This document shows, piece after piece, positions 20,497 to 28,919 of a DNA stretch of 64,000 nucleotides. The notes below the pieces were generated by a model. It saw nothing but the letters and a program-made list of their open reading frames with translations. It was not told the origin of the DNA and ran no database searches. How positions within the stretch are numbered: position 1 is the stretch's first letter; every line of letters begins with the position of its first letter. A program made the translations under genes and the position numbers. Source of the DNA: Candidatus Omnitrophota bacterium (GTDB lineage Bacteria; Omnitrophota; Gorgyraeia; 2-02-FULL-51-18). The stretch is from positions 13,774-77,773 of the forward strand of contig CAMDWQ010000008.1 in assembly GCA_945877765.1 (NCBI GenBank), read 5' to 3'.

Positions 20497-21441
20497 ATGC
20501 GCATACTCATCACGGGAATTACAGGTTTTGCCGGCGGTCACTTGGCTGATTTTCTGTCTCATAAAAAAGGTCTGGAGATTTACGGTCTTGCCCGCCGGAC
20601 TCGACCCGGCCAAAAAAAGATTTATTCTTGTGACATTTGCGATACCAAAAAACTGGCCGCTGTCATTCGGCAAGTCCGCCCTGAGCGTATTTTTCATTTG
20701 GCTGGTCAGGCCTCCATCCAGAAATCGTGGGAAGATCCTAAAGATACATTCGAACAAAATTTAATCGGAACATTGAATCTTTTTGAGGCGGTGCGGTCAG
20801 CGAAGCTCTCGCCGTGGATTCAGGTAACAGGCTCGGCTCACGAGTACGGTATTCCTAAGGGAAAAGTAAACCGTATTGATGAAGCCACTCCCATGAATCC
20901 GCTGAGTCCGTACGCCGTATCAAAAATCAGTCAGGATCTTCTGGCTAATTTGTATGCCTGGCGTTTTGGAATGAAGATTGTCCGTACACGCGCGTTTAAC
21001 CATATTGGTCCGCGGCAAAGCCCGGATTTTGTGACGGCGAGTTTCGCCCGGCAGGTGGCGTTGATTGAAGCCGGCCGCCAAGAACCAGAAATTCTTGCCG
21101 GGAATCTTGATTCGATTAGAGATTATACGGATGCTCGTGATGTCGCGCGCGCGTATTGGCTGTCACTGGAGAAGGGAAAGGCTGGTGAGGTTTACAATAT
21201 TGCGTCAGGCAAAGGGCACAACGCCCGTCAAATTTTAGCTATTTATTTAAAATTAAGCCGCGTCAAATTTAAAGTGAAGCTGGATCAGGCACGCTTACGG
21301 CCCACCGATTCGCCCCGGTTAGTGGGAGATGCCCAAAAATTAAGACGGCAGACCGGCTGGTCTCCGCGCATTCCTTTCGAGCGTTCTTTGGCGGATATTC
21401 TAAAATTTTGGAGAGAAAAAATTAAACATGAAAAAAATTAG
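20497..21441 (+). CDS. GDP-mannose dehydratase/Rmd-like extended SDR
   Basis: GITGFAG, PLSPYAVSK, RAFNHIGPRQ, GNLDSIRDYTD motifs. Confidence 0.85.
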   Translation: MRILITGITGFAGGHLADFLSHKKGLEIYGLARRTRPGQKKIYSCDICDTKKLAAVIRQVRPERIFHLAGQASIQKSWEDPKDTFEQNLIGTLNLFEAVRSAKLSPWIQVTGSAHEYGIPKGKVNRIDEATPMNPLSPYAVSKISQDLLANLYAWRFGMKIVRTRAFNHIGPRQSPDFVTASFARQVALIEAGRQEPEILAGNLDSIRDYTDARDVARAYWLSLEKGKAGEVYNIASGKGHNARQILAIYLKLSRVKFKVKLDQARLRPTDSPRLVGDAQKLRRQTGWSPRIPFERSLADILKFWREKIKHEKN

Positions 21442-22402
21442 CAAGACAAAACCCAAAACGGTTCTAATTGCCGGTGCCGCGGGATTTATCGGCTCACATC
21501 TGAGCGATCTTTTTATTGAAAAGGGTGATCGCGTGATTGCGGTGGATAATCTCCTCACGGGAAACATTAAAAACCTCCGTCATTTGGTTTCAGACAAAAA
21601 TTTTTCATTTCAAAAAAATGACATTTCAAAACCGTTTCGTATTGCCGGACCGGTGGATTTTATTTTAAACTTTGCCTCACCGGCAAGCCCTCCGGATTAT
21701 TTAAAATACCCCATTCAGACATTGGAGGTGGGTTCTTTGGGTACGCGCAATCTTTTAGAGTTGGCACGGGAGAAGAAATCTATCTTTTTGCATGCCTCCA
21801 CCAGTGAAGTGTACGGCGACCCCGAAGTAAGCCCGCAAAAAGAAAGTTATTGGGGGCACGTCAGTTCCGTGGGAGTGCGCAGCGTTTACGATGAGGCGAA
21901 GCGCTTTTCCGAAGCGATGATCATGGCGTATCATCGTACGTACCGGTTGGATACCAAAATGGTTCGTATTTTTAACACTTACGGAAGGCGCATGCGGCCT
22001 CAAGACGGGCGCGTGATCCCCAATTTTATGACGCAGGCCCTTTTGGGGAAACCGCTGACGATTTACGGCAAGGGACAGCAAACGCGCAGCTATTGCTATG
22101 TGGATGATTTGGTTAGCGGAATCCACACCCTTCTTTTTTCAAATTTTCACCTGCCAGTAAATTTGGGAAATCCCAATGAGATGACAGTAATGGATCTAGC
22201 CAAAATGATTTTGAAAAGGACGGGCTCTAGAAGTAAAATTGTTTATCGGCCGCTGCCGGCAGACGATCCCAAGCAGCGTTGTCCCGATATCGCGTTGGCC
22301 CAAAAAGTACTCGGATGGAAACCCCAGGTGCCGCTTCAAGAAGGCTTGGGCTACACACTAGATTATTTTCGCGAAGAAATTTTACGGAATAAGCTTCGAT
22401 GA
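21428..22402 (+). CDS. UDP-glucuronate decarboxylase-like SDR
   Basis: FASPASP, STSEVYGDP, YDEAKR, RIFNTYG, DDPKQRCPDI motifs. Confidence 0.9.
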   Translation: MKKISKTKPKTVLIAGAAGFIGSHLSDLFIEKGDRVIAVDNLLTGNIKNLRHLVSDKNFSFQKNDISKPFRIAGPVDFILNFASPASPPDYLKYPIQTLEVGSLGTRNLLELAREKKSIFLHASTSEVYGDPEVSPQKESYWGHVSSVGVRSVYDEAKRFSEAMIMAYHRTYRLDTKMVRIFNTYGRRMRPQDGRVIPNFMTQALLGKPLTIYGKGQQTRSYCYVDDLVSGIHTLLFSNFHLPVNLGNPNEMTVMDLAKMILKRTGSRSKIVYRPLPADDPKQRCPDIALAQKVLGWKPQVPLQEGLGYTLDYFREEILRNKLR

Positions 22403-23130
22403 ATTCGGGCGAAGAACCATTTTTTCTGTCGGTGGTGATTCCTGTATTCAACGAAGAGCGTGTAGTTCTGGATGCGATCCGCTGTGTCGAAGCCTACCGC
22501 CAAGTGAAGGGGCAGGCCTGGGAAATTCTTGTGGTCAATGATGGCTCTAAAGATCAAACCTCGTCGTTGGTCCGAAATTATATTCAGTCCAGCGGCACCG
22601 ATTTCGTTAAGCTACTTTCTTTTGACAAAAATCGAGGAAAAGGTGCAGCCGTCAGGCAGGGTGTCCTCGCCTCGAAGGGAAAATATATCCTCGTGACAGA
22701 TGCGGACCTCTCGTCGCCGATCAAAGAAGCGGATAAGCTCCTTCGTGCAATGGAATACGGCGCCGATGTGGCGATAGGTTCGCGAGCGCTTCGAGAGAGA
22801 GGCGCGGATGTCCAGCAGAGCTTTAAGCGCGCGCTATCGGGAAGAATTTTTAACGCTCTAGTGCATCTTTTGGTGTTACCGGGTATTCATGATACGCAGT
22901 GTGGTTTTAAATGCTTCCGCCGCGCCGCCGCCCTCGACATTTTTTCCGCCCAAAAGCTGGATGGTTTTAGCTTTGACGTCGAAGCGCTGTATCTTGCGCG
23001 AAAAAAAGGCTACAAAATCAATGAAGTGCCTGTGATGTGGCGCCAAGGCGAGAAAAGCAGTGTGAGTCTTTTTCGCGACTCCCAGCGCATGCTGGGCGAC
23101 CTCTTTAAGATCAAAAAAATCCACGGGTAA
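22399..23130 (+). CDS. GT2 polyprenyl-phosphate glycosyltransferase-like protein
   Basis: NRGKGAAV, DADLS, DTQCGFK, FSFDVE motifs. Confidence 0.9.
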   Translation: MNSGEEPFFLSVVIPVFNEERVVLDAIRCVEAYRQVKGQAWEILVVNDGSKDQTSSLVRNYIQSSGTDFVKLLSFDKNRGKGAAVRQGVLASKGKYILVTDADLSSPIKEADKLLRAMEYGADVAIGSRALRERGADVQQSFKRALSGRIFNALVHLLVLPGIHDTQCGFKCFRRAAALDIFSAQKLDGFSFDVEALYLARKKGYKINEVPVMWRQGEKSSVSLFRDSQRMLGDLFKIKKIHG

Positions 23131-23169
23131 CCCCATCAGTTTATTGTGGCCTCTAGTAAGATCCTCCGC

Positions 23170-23221
23170 TTGACAAAGAGTGTGTCATAATTTATCATAT
23201 AAGTATACAAATATGTATACT
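23170..23221 (+). promoter_or_regulatory. Sigma70 promoter and palindromic operator of abiE
   Basis: TTGACA(23170)-N17-TATCAT; inverted repeat AGTATACA-aata-TGTATACT at 23202-23221. Confidence 0.7.
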
Positions 23222-23234
23222 ATTGGTATAAATT

Positions 23235-23792
23235 ATGAATAATTCAAAACGGTTAAAAATACTCATGGAATCCGGAAGATCGATATTCACGCCTTTGGAC
23301 TTGCGTCTGTTGTGGGGGATGAGTGAGTCGAGCGCCAAGATGAGCGCTGTGCGAATGGTGGAAAAAGGTCTTATGATAAGGCTGGCCGCCGGCTATTATG
23401 CCCTGAATCAACGGTATAATCCGCACGAGCTTGCCAACCGGCTGGCGGCGCCTTCCTACGTTTCGTTTCAGGCTGCCCTTTTTCAAGCGGGGGTTAATTT
23501 TCAAGCGCGCCGGGAGATTGGTTCCGTGGCGACACGCAATCACAAAAAGAAAGTGGGGGAAGTGATTTATACCTATACTGCGATGAAGAAGGAGTTGTTT
23601 TTCAATGGGGAGGGCGTGGTAACCCGTGAAGGCGTTTCTATCGCGCTTCCCGAGCGCGCGATCCTTGACAGTTTTTACTTCGGCTATTTACCGGATATTG
23701 ACGATGCTGGAAAATTAAATAAAACTCTTTTGGCGAAATTAAGCGCCTTGTATCCCAAGACTGTCCAAAAGAAGGCAGAAAAACTCTTATGA
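23235..23792 (+). CDS. Type IV TA antitoxin, AbiEi-like
   Basis: N-terminal wHTH, GYYAL, PSYVSF..AL, PERAILD; overlaps the downstream nucleotidyltransferase. Confidence 0.85.
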   Translation: MNNSKRLKILMESGRSIFTPLDLRLLWGMSESSAKMSAVRMVEKGLMIRLAAGYYALNQRYNPHELANRLAAPSYVSFQAALFQAGVNFQARREIGSVATRNHKKKVGEVIYTYTAMKKELFFNGEGVVTREGVSIALPERAILDSFYFGYLPDIDDAGKLNKTLLAKLSALYPKTVQKKAEKLL

Positions 23793-24475
23793 GCCGCTTG
23801 TTCGAATGGGACAGGCATAAAAGGTATCTTGCGCTTTTACTGACGGAGCTGGCCAAAGCCTTTCCCGAGAAGATTGCGTTTAAAGGTGGCACCTGCGCTT
23901 ATTTTTTTTATAATCTCCCGCGATTCTCATTTGATCTGGATTTTGACATGATACGGGCATTCAAGGCTATGGATGCCGATCTATTCCGTGAGATTGTGGC
24001 AAAGCATGGACAAGCGAGAAATTTTTATGACAAGGCAAACACATTGTTTTGTCTTTTTGATTACGGAAAAGATAATCCCAATATCAAAATCGAGCTGAAT
24101 AAGCGCGTGTGGAAAAACAACGTTTATAAGCTGGTCTGGTTTATGGGCGTGCCGGTTTCTATCGCGGATGAAACGACTGTTTTGACCAATAAGCTGGTCG
24201 CGCTCATGGACCGCAAAACCGCAGTCGCAAGAGATTTATACGATAGCTGGTATTTTTTAAAGGCGGGATTTCCGGTCCATGACGCCCTGGTCTTGGAGCG
24301 CACCGGCCGGGATACCCGGACCTATTTGAGAGAAGTCGCCGCGTTTATTAAGAAAACCTATACGTCCCGTAACGTGTTGCACGGGCTGGGTGACGCGCTC
24401 GATGAAAAACAGAAGGCTTGGGCGAAGGAGTATCTTGTTTCAGAGACAATACAGGAGATCACCAGGCGTGCATAA
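23789..24475 (+). CDS. Type IV TA toxin, AbiEii/AbiGii nucleotidyltransferase
   Basis: FKGGT, RFSFDLDF, NKLVAL.DR, ARDLYD motifs. Confidence 0.92.
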   Translation: MSRLFEWDRHKRYLALLLTELAKAFPEKIAFKGGTCAYFFYNLPRFSFDLDFDMIRAFKAMDADLFREIVAKHGQARNFYDKANTLFCLFDYGKDNPNIKIELNKRVWKNNVYKLVWFMGVPVSIADETTVLTNKLVALMDRKTAVARDLYDSWYFLKAGFPVHDALVLERTGRDTRTYLREVAAFIKKTYTSRNVLHGLGDALDEKQKAWAKEYLVSETIQEITRRA

Positions 24476-24515
24476 TTGTCCTATGCAGAGATCTATCGAA
24501 CTCTCCAAAGCACTC

Positions 24516-24567
24516 TTGACATCGCTAAAGCCATCGAGTAAAATTACTCATAGTAGTGAGTAATTTT
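24516..24567 (+). promoter_or_regulatory. Sigma70 promoter with 11-bp-arm palindromic operator
   Basis: TTGACA(24516)-N17-TAAAAT overlapping AAAATTACTCA-N6-TGAGTAATTTT (24540-24567); AGGAGG RBS follows. Confidence 0.75.
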
Positions 24568-24578
24568 AGGAGGCTGTT

Positions 24579-25760
24579 ATGTACCAGCGAAGTATGACCC
24601 AAGTGATTCGCAAGCGATTGTCGGAAAAAAGACGCTTTATTCAAGTGATTTTAGGACCCCGCCAGGTAGGTAAAACCACGGCTATTCAACAGGTGTTAGA
24701 GGCGATTGGTGTCCCGTCCCAGTATGCGGCGGCGGATCTTCCTGCTCCTCCTGATACGGGCTGGATAGCCAGGCAGTGGGATATTGCGCGGATGAAAGCT
24801 AGTGAAGGAAAGACCGCTGTTCTTGTTTTGGATGAAATTCAGAAAGTCTCGCATTGGTCGAGCGAAGTTAAGCGTTTGTGGGATGAGGATAGCCAGGCAC
24901 GCCGCTCCATTCAGGTAGTGCTTTTGGGGTCGTCCTCTTTGCTTATTCAAAAAGGTTTAAGTGAAAGCCTAGCGGGACGATTTGAACTTATTCGCTTTCC
25001 TCATTGGTCATGGATTGAAATGAAAGAGTGTTTTAGCCTGTCTTTGGAGCAGTATATCTATTTTGGAGGGTATCCCGCATCGGCATCCTTGATGCAGGAT
25101 GAAAATCGCTGGGGGCAGTATCTGCGTGATTCCTTGATCGAAACGGCCCTATCCAAGGACATTCTTCTTTTAAACCGCGTTGAAAAACCCATTTTATTGA
25201 GACAGTTGTTTGTCTTGGCGTGCGAGTACAGCGGGCAGATTTTGTCCTATCAGAAGATTCTGGGCCAATTGCAGGACGTGGGCAACACCGTGACGGTGGC
25301 GCATTACCAAAGGCTTTTGGAGGCCGCTTTTCTTATCAAAGGATTGCAAAAATGGTCAGGCCAAACAATTCGTTCAAGAAGTTCGAGTCCTAAATGGCTT
25401 GCTTTGAATTCCGGTCTCGTCAGCGCTCTCTCTAACCGTACTTTTGATGAGTGGCGTCAAGATCCGGCCCAATGGGGAAGACTCGTGGAAACCAGCGTTG
25501 GCGCTCATTTGGCCAATCAAGGCGTCATCGAGGGGATCGAGGTGTATTATTGTCGGGAAGGCAATCACGAGGTTGATTTTGTCCTGCGCAAAGGTTCTAC
25601 CTTAACGGCGATTGAGGTAAAAAGCGGACAGAAGCGGATCGAATCCAAGGGCCTGTCTAAATTCAAAGAGCATTACCCTCGCGCCAAGACGCTGGTCGTG
25701 GGAACCGGAGGAATGACAACCAAGGATTTTTTTGAACACCCTATCACCAAATTAGTTTGA
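24579..25760 (+). CDS. AAA_14-type ATPase with DUF4143-like / PD-(D/E)xK C-terminus
   Basis: GPRQVGKTT, LDEIQ, ESLAGR, GGYP, EVDFV...AIEVKSG. Confidence 0.9.
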   Translation: MYQRSMTQVIRKRLSEKRRFIQVILGPRQVGKTTAIQQVLEAIGVPSQYAAADLPAPPDTGWIARQWDIARMKASEGKTAVLVLDEIQKVSHWSSEVKRLWDEDSQARRSIQVVLLGSSSLLIQKGLSESLAGRFELIRFPHWSWIEMKECFSLSLEQYIYFGGYPASASLMQDENRWGQYLRDSLIETALSKDILLLNRVEKPILLRQLFVLACEYSGQILSYQKILGQLQDVGNTVTVAHYQRLLEAAFLIKGLQKWSGQTIRSRSSSPKWLALNSGLVSALSNRTFDEWRQDPAQWGRLVETSVGAHLANQGVIEGIEVYYCREGNHEVDFVLRKGSTLTAIEVKSGQKRIESKGLSKFKEHYPRAKTLVVGTGGMTTKDFFEHPITKLV

Positions 25761-25910
25761 TAGTTGATAGATACTAAAGTGTGGGGTTGAGGTTTTTAAG
25801 ATTCTGTTTGTAAGTTAGAAAAGAAAGGTCACACCCTCTAGTTTGTCTAAGTTTTATCTGGACACATTTTTTTATCAATAGTAAAATTTCGATAAAAATG
25901 ATGGAGGGAT

Positions 25911-28900
25911 ATGAAGAGAATTGGTTCTTTATTGGTGATGATGGTGTTCACCACTCAATCCGCTTTGTTTGCTGCTTCGTTTTCCTTTCCCTCAGTCCTT
26001 CCCGGCGAAAATCAGTCCATCAACATTGTCGGTAGTACCGTAAAAATCAAAGGCTTGACGGATCAAGCCAATAGCGTCTTTGTCAATGGTAGGCAGGTAT
26101 CCGTACAGAGAGATGGCACTTTCTCCGAGGATATGATCATTCCTCTGGGAAGCACCGATGTCACCGTTGAAGCGATTGACCCCAAGGGCGCCAAAAGCAG
26201 TTATCATAAAACCATTGTTGCGAAAGAAAATAGTTTATTCCTAGCGGGTATTGCCGACGGCACATTAAATTTTATTAATGCCAATGAAGGAAGGGATCTT
26301 TACCGCGACAATCAGAACTTTGGTGACGGCAGGTCGGTGGATGGCAAGATTTCTTATTATTTGGCGGGGAAAGTGAAAGGGAAGTATCTCATCAAGTCCT
26401 CTCTGGACACGGATAAGCGTTCCCAAGATAAACTTTTCACGAATATTGACCCCGATAAGTATTACCCCATTTACGGCGATAACTCCACCGTGGTTTATGA
26501 TACTCACAGCCAGGGGAAATTTTACGCGCTCGTCGAATGGGATAAATCGGGTTTTGTGATCGGTAATTACCAGACCCAAATCGGCGGCGAAGAGAGTCGG
26601 TTGAGCAATTACAATCGCACCCTGTATGGCACTAAGCTTCATCTGGAGACACCCGAGCGAACCGTTTACGGGGACACCAAATCGCAAGCGACGGGTTTCT
26701 TGGCCGAAGCTAACCAGTTCCGGGGCCACAGCGAACTTCAGGCGACCGGAGGCTCGCTTTATTATTTGAGGCACCGCAATATCGTCGAAGGAAGTGAGCA
26801 AGTCCGCCTTGAAATTCGCGATAAATCCACCGGCATGACGCTTCAAACGTTACCCCAAGCTGAAAACGTAGATTATGAAATCAAATACGATGAAGGCCGG
26901 ATTCTTTTTAAAAAGCCGGTGATGTCCGTGTCCGGATCGGATACGGTGATTACTGACAGCGTTCAGGAAGGCAATGATGTCTATGTGATCGCCAATTATG
27001 AATATGACGATCAGGACGCCTTCTCGACTGTAAGCCAAAATCCCGAGACGATCAGCGGCGGAGGCCGCGTGTCACATCAAGTAATGGACAATCTCCGTGT
27101 GGGCGGCACCTACACTCAAGAAGAAAAAGAGGGCAAAAACCACGCCCTATCGGGCATTGACTCCACGGTAAAAATTGGAAATTTTACGAAAATTAACGCC
27201 GAATACGCCGAGACATCCTCTGACTCCGCGTCTTCTTATGTTTCTTATAATGGTGGTTATGATTACACCGAAACAGCGGTAGCCAATGGAAGTAAAGGTG
27301 TTGCCACCAATCTGAGCCTCAATACCTCGGTCGGAGAATATTTTGGGATGGGGAAAGAATTTCTGGATTTGACGGCCTATTACCGGTCGATTGACCGCAA
27401 TTTTTCTCCGGCGGACACGCTGTTTGAATCAGGTACCCGTAAATATGGCGCCGAGTTGGCGCATCGCTTGGGGGTGAGCGACAAGCTGCGTTTTATTTAC
27501 GAAGATGGGGAGTTGGACCACGAAGCCTTCAGCGTCAACGAAGCCGCCAAAAATGAACTGGAAGCGGCCCGCATCCAGAACCTGACGGCTCAGTGGGTCC
27601 ATGATTATCAAAAGTTCACTTTTTTCACGGAATACCGTATTCAGCAAAAAAAGAATTCGTTTAGTTCTTACGTGGATACTAATCAGGAATCTTCGGGCAA
27701 TGTTATCGCGGAAAAAGTGGAATACCGCATGTCCGAAAAGACGTCTCTTTTTCTCGGTCAGCAAGTGGGTTTAACCGAATCGAAAGATTCGTTCACTTCT
27801 GTTGGTATCATTCAAAAGTTGATGAACGACATCGCCGCTTATTTGCGCGGATCGGTGGGCCCCGACAGCAACGGCGTCGTGACCGGCCTAGACCGCCAAG
27901 TGAATGCTTCCACCACCCAATACATGAATTACTCTATTTTAGAGACGGCGCTGGATGGAAATTCTTCGACGACTGCCTTTGGAGCCAATACCCAGATTGC
28001 CGAGAAAGCAGAGTTAAGAAGAGAAAAACGTTTTGTGAGCAGTGATACTCGCGGCATCTACACGTCAGACTTTAGCAGCCTAAAAAATCAAATCACCCCG
28101 CATCTTGATTTTGACTTCTCTTATGAGCGTAGGGAAGAGGCGATTGACGGTAATCTCAAGGGCTCCACGCCTCGTGATGCTTTCTCGACCACGCTTGCGT
28201 ACGCAAAACCGGATGTATTGAAGGCAAATTCAAAGTTTGAATACCGTGTGGACACCGGGGATGTGTGGCAGGTTTTGTCCGACAATCAAGGGGAGTACAA
28301 GCTTACCCAGGATTGGTTTTTGTTTGGGGAGTATGAATATTCGCTGGGGCAGGATACCACGCGTGAGATTGCCGTCTCCCGTATTGACAAGAAGCAAATG
28401 GGTCTGGCTTACCGGCCGGTGGATTATGATAGTTTTAACTGGCTTTTAAAATACACTCGGTTGCAGGATGACCGCCCGCGCGATTTGGTCAGTGCTGATG
28501 GAGGATTTCTCAAGCAAAAATCTACGTATAATGAGTTTGCCACCGAAGCGGCCCGCGACTTGCCATGGCATTTTCAGTTTGTCGAGAAAATTGCGTATCG
28601 CACGGAAAAGTTTATTGCCGTGAATGTGAATAATATTATCGAAACCCCCTCAAATCTCGACGCATTTTTGGTAATTCATCGCCTGAATTATCACCTCACC
28701 AACAAAGTGGACATCGCCGGAGAGTTTAGAGCCTTAACCTTGGTCGGATCCGATGTTGACACCCGCGAATACGGTCCGCTGGTGGAGTTTACGTATCAGA
28801 TTCACAAAAATATCGCGTTGGGCGCTGGCTACAACTTTACTTCGTTTAAGGATGATTTGTCTGTTTATGACCGCAAGGAAGCAGAGGGATTTTTCCTTCG

Positions 28901-28919
28901 GGTCCAAGGAAAATATTAA
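25911..28919 (+). CDS. Large secreted protein: N-terminal Ig-like domain and probable outer-membrane beta-barrel
   Basis: Signal peptide, IKG.TD...VFVNG..V.V..DGTF Ig-like segment, IDPDKYYPIYGDNS, amphipathic strands, C-terminal GFFLRVQGKY beta-signal. Confidence 0.7.
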   Translation: MKRIGSLLVMMVFTTQSALFAASFSFPSVLPGENQSINIVGSTVKIKGLTDQANSVFVNGRQVSVQRDGTFSEDMIIPLGSTDVTVEAIDPKGAKSSYHKTIVAKENSLFLAGIADGTLNFINANEGRDLYRDNQNFGDGRSVDGKISYYLAGKVKGKYLIKSSLDTDKRSQDKLFTNIDPDKYYPIYGDNSTVVYDTHSQGKFYALVEWDKSGFVIGNYQTQIGGEESRLSNYNRTLYGTKLHLETPERTVYGDTKSQATGFLAEANQFRGHSELQATGGSLYYLRHRNIVEGSEQVRLEIRDKSTGMTLQTLPQAENVDYEIKYDEGRILFKKPVMSVSGSDTVITDSVQEGNDVYVIANYEYDDQDAFSTVSQNPETISGGGRVSHQVMDNLRVGGTYTQEEKEGKNHALSGIDSTVKIGNFTKINAEYAETSSDSASSYVSYNGGYDYTETAVANGSKGVATNLSLNTSVGEYFGMGKEFLDLTAYYRSIDRNFSPADTLFESGTRKYGAELAHRLGVSDKLRFIYEDGELDHEAFSVNEAAKNELEAARIQNLTAQWVHDYQKFTFFTEYRIQQKKNSFSSYVDTNQESSGNVIAEKVEYRMSEKTSLFLGQQVGLTESKDSFTSVGIIQKLMNDIAAYLRGSVGPDSNGVVTGLDRQVNASTTQYMNYSILETALDGNSSTTAFGANTQIAEKAELRREKRFVSSDTRGIYTSDFSSLKNQITPHLDFDFSYERREEAIDGNLKGSTPRDAFSTTLAYAKPDVLKANSKFEYRVDTGDVWQVLSDNQGEYKLTQDWFLFGEYEYSLGQDTTREIAVSRIDKKQMGLAYRPVDYDSFNWLLKYTRLQDDRPRDLVSADGGFLKQKSTYNEFATEAARDLPWHFQFVEKIAYRTEKFIAVNVNNIIETPSNLDAFLVIHRLNYHLTNKVDIAGEFRALTLVGSDVDTREYGPLVEFTYQIHKNIALGAGYNFTSFKDDLSVYDRKEAEGFFLRVQGKY

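Noticed and set aside
25870-25900. Possible sigma28-like promoter (TCAA...CGATAA) upstream of the barrel gene
   Set aside because: Weak match with non-standard spacing in AT-rich DNA.
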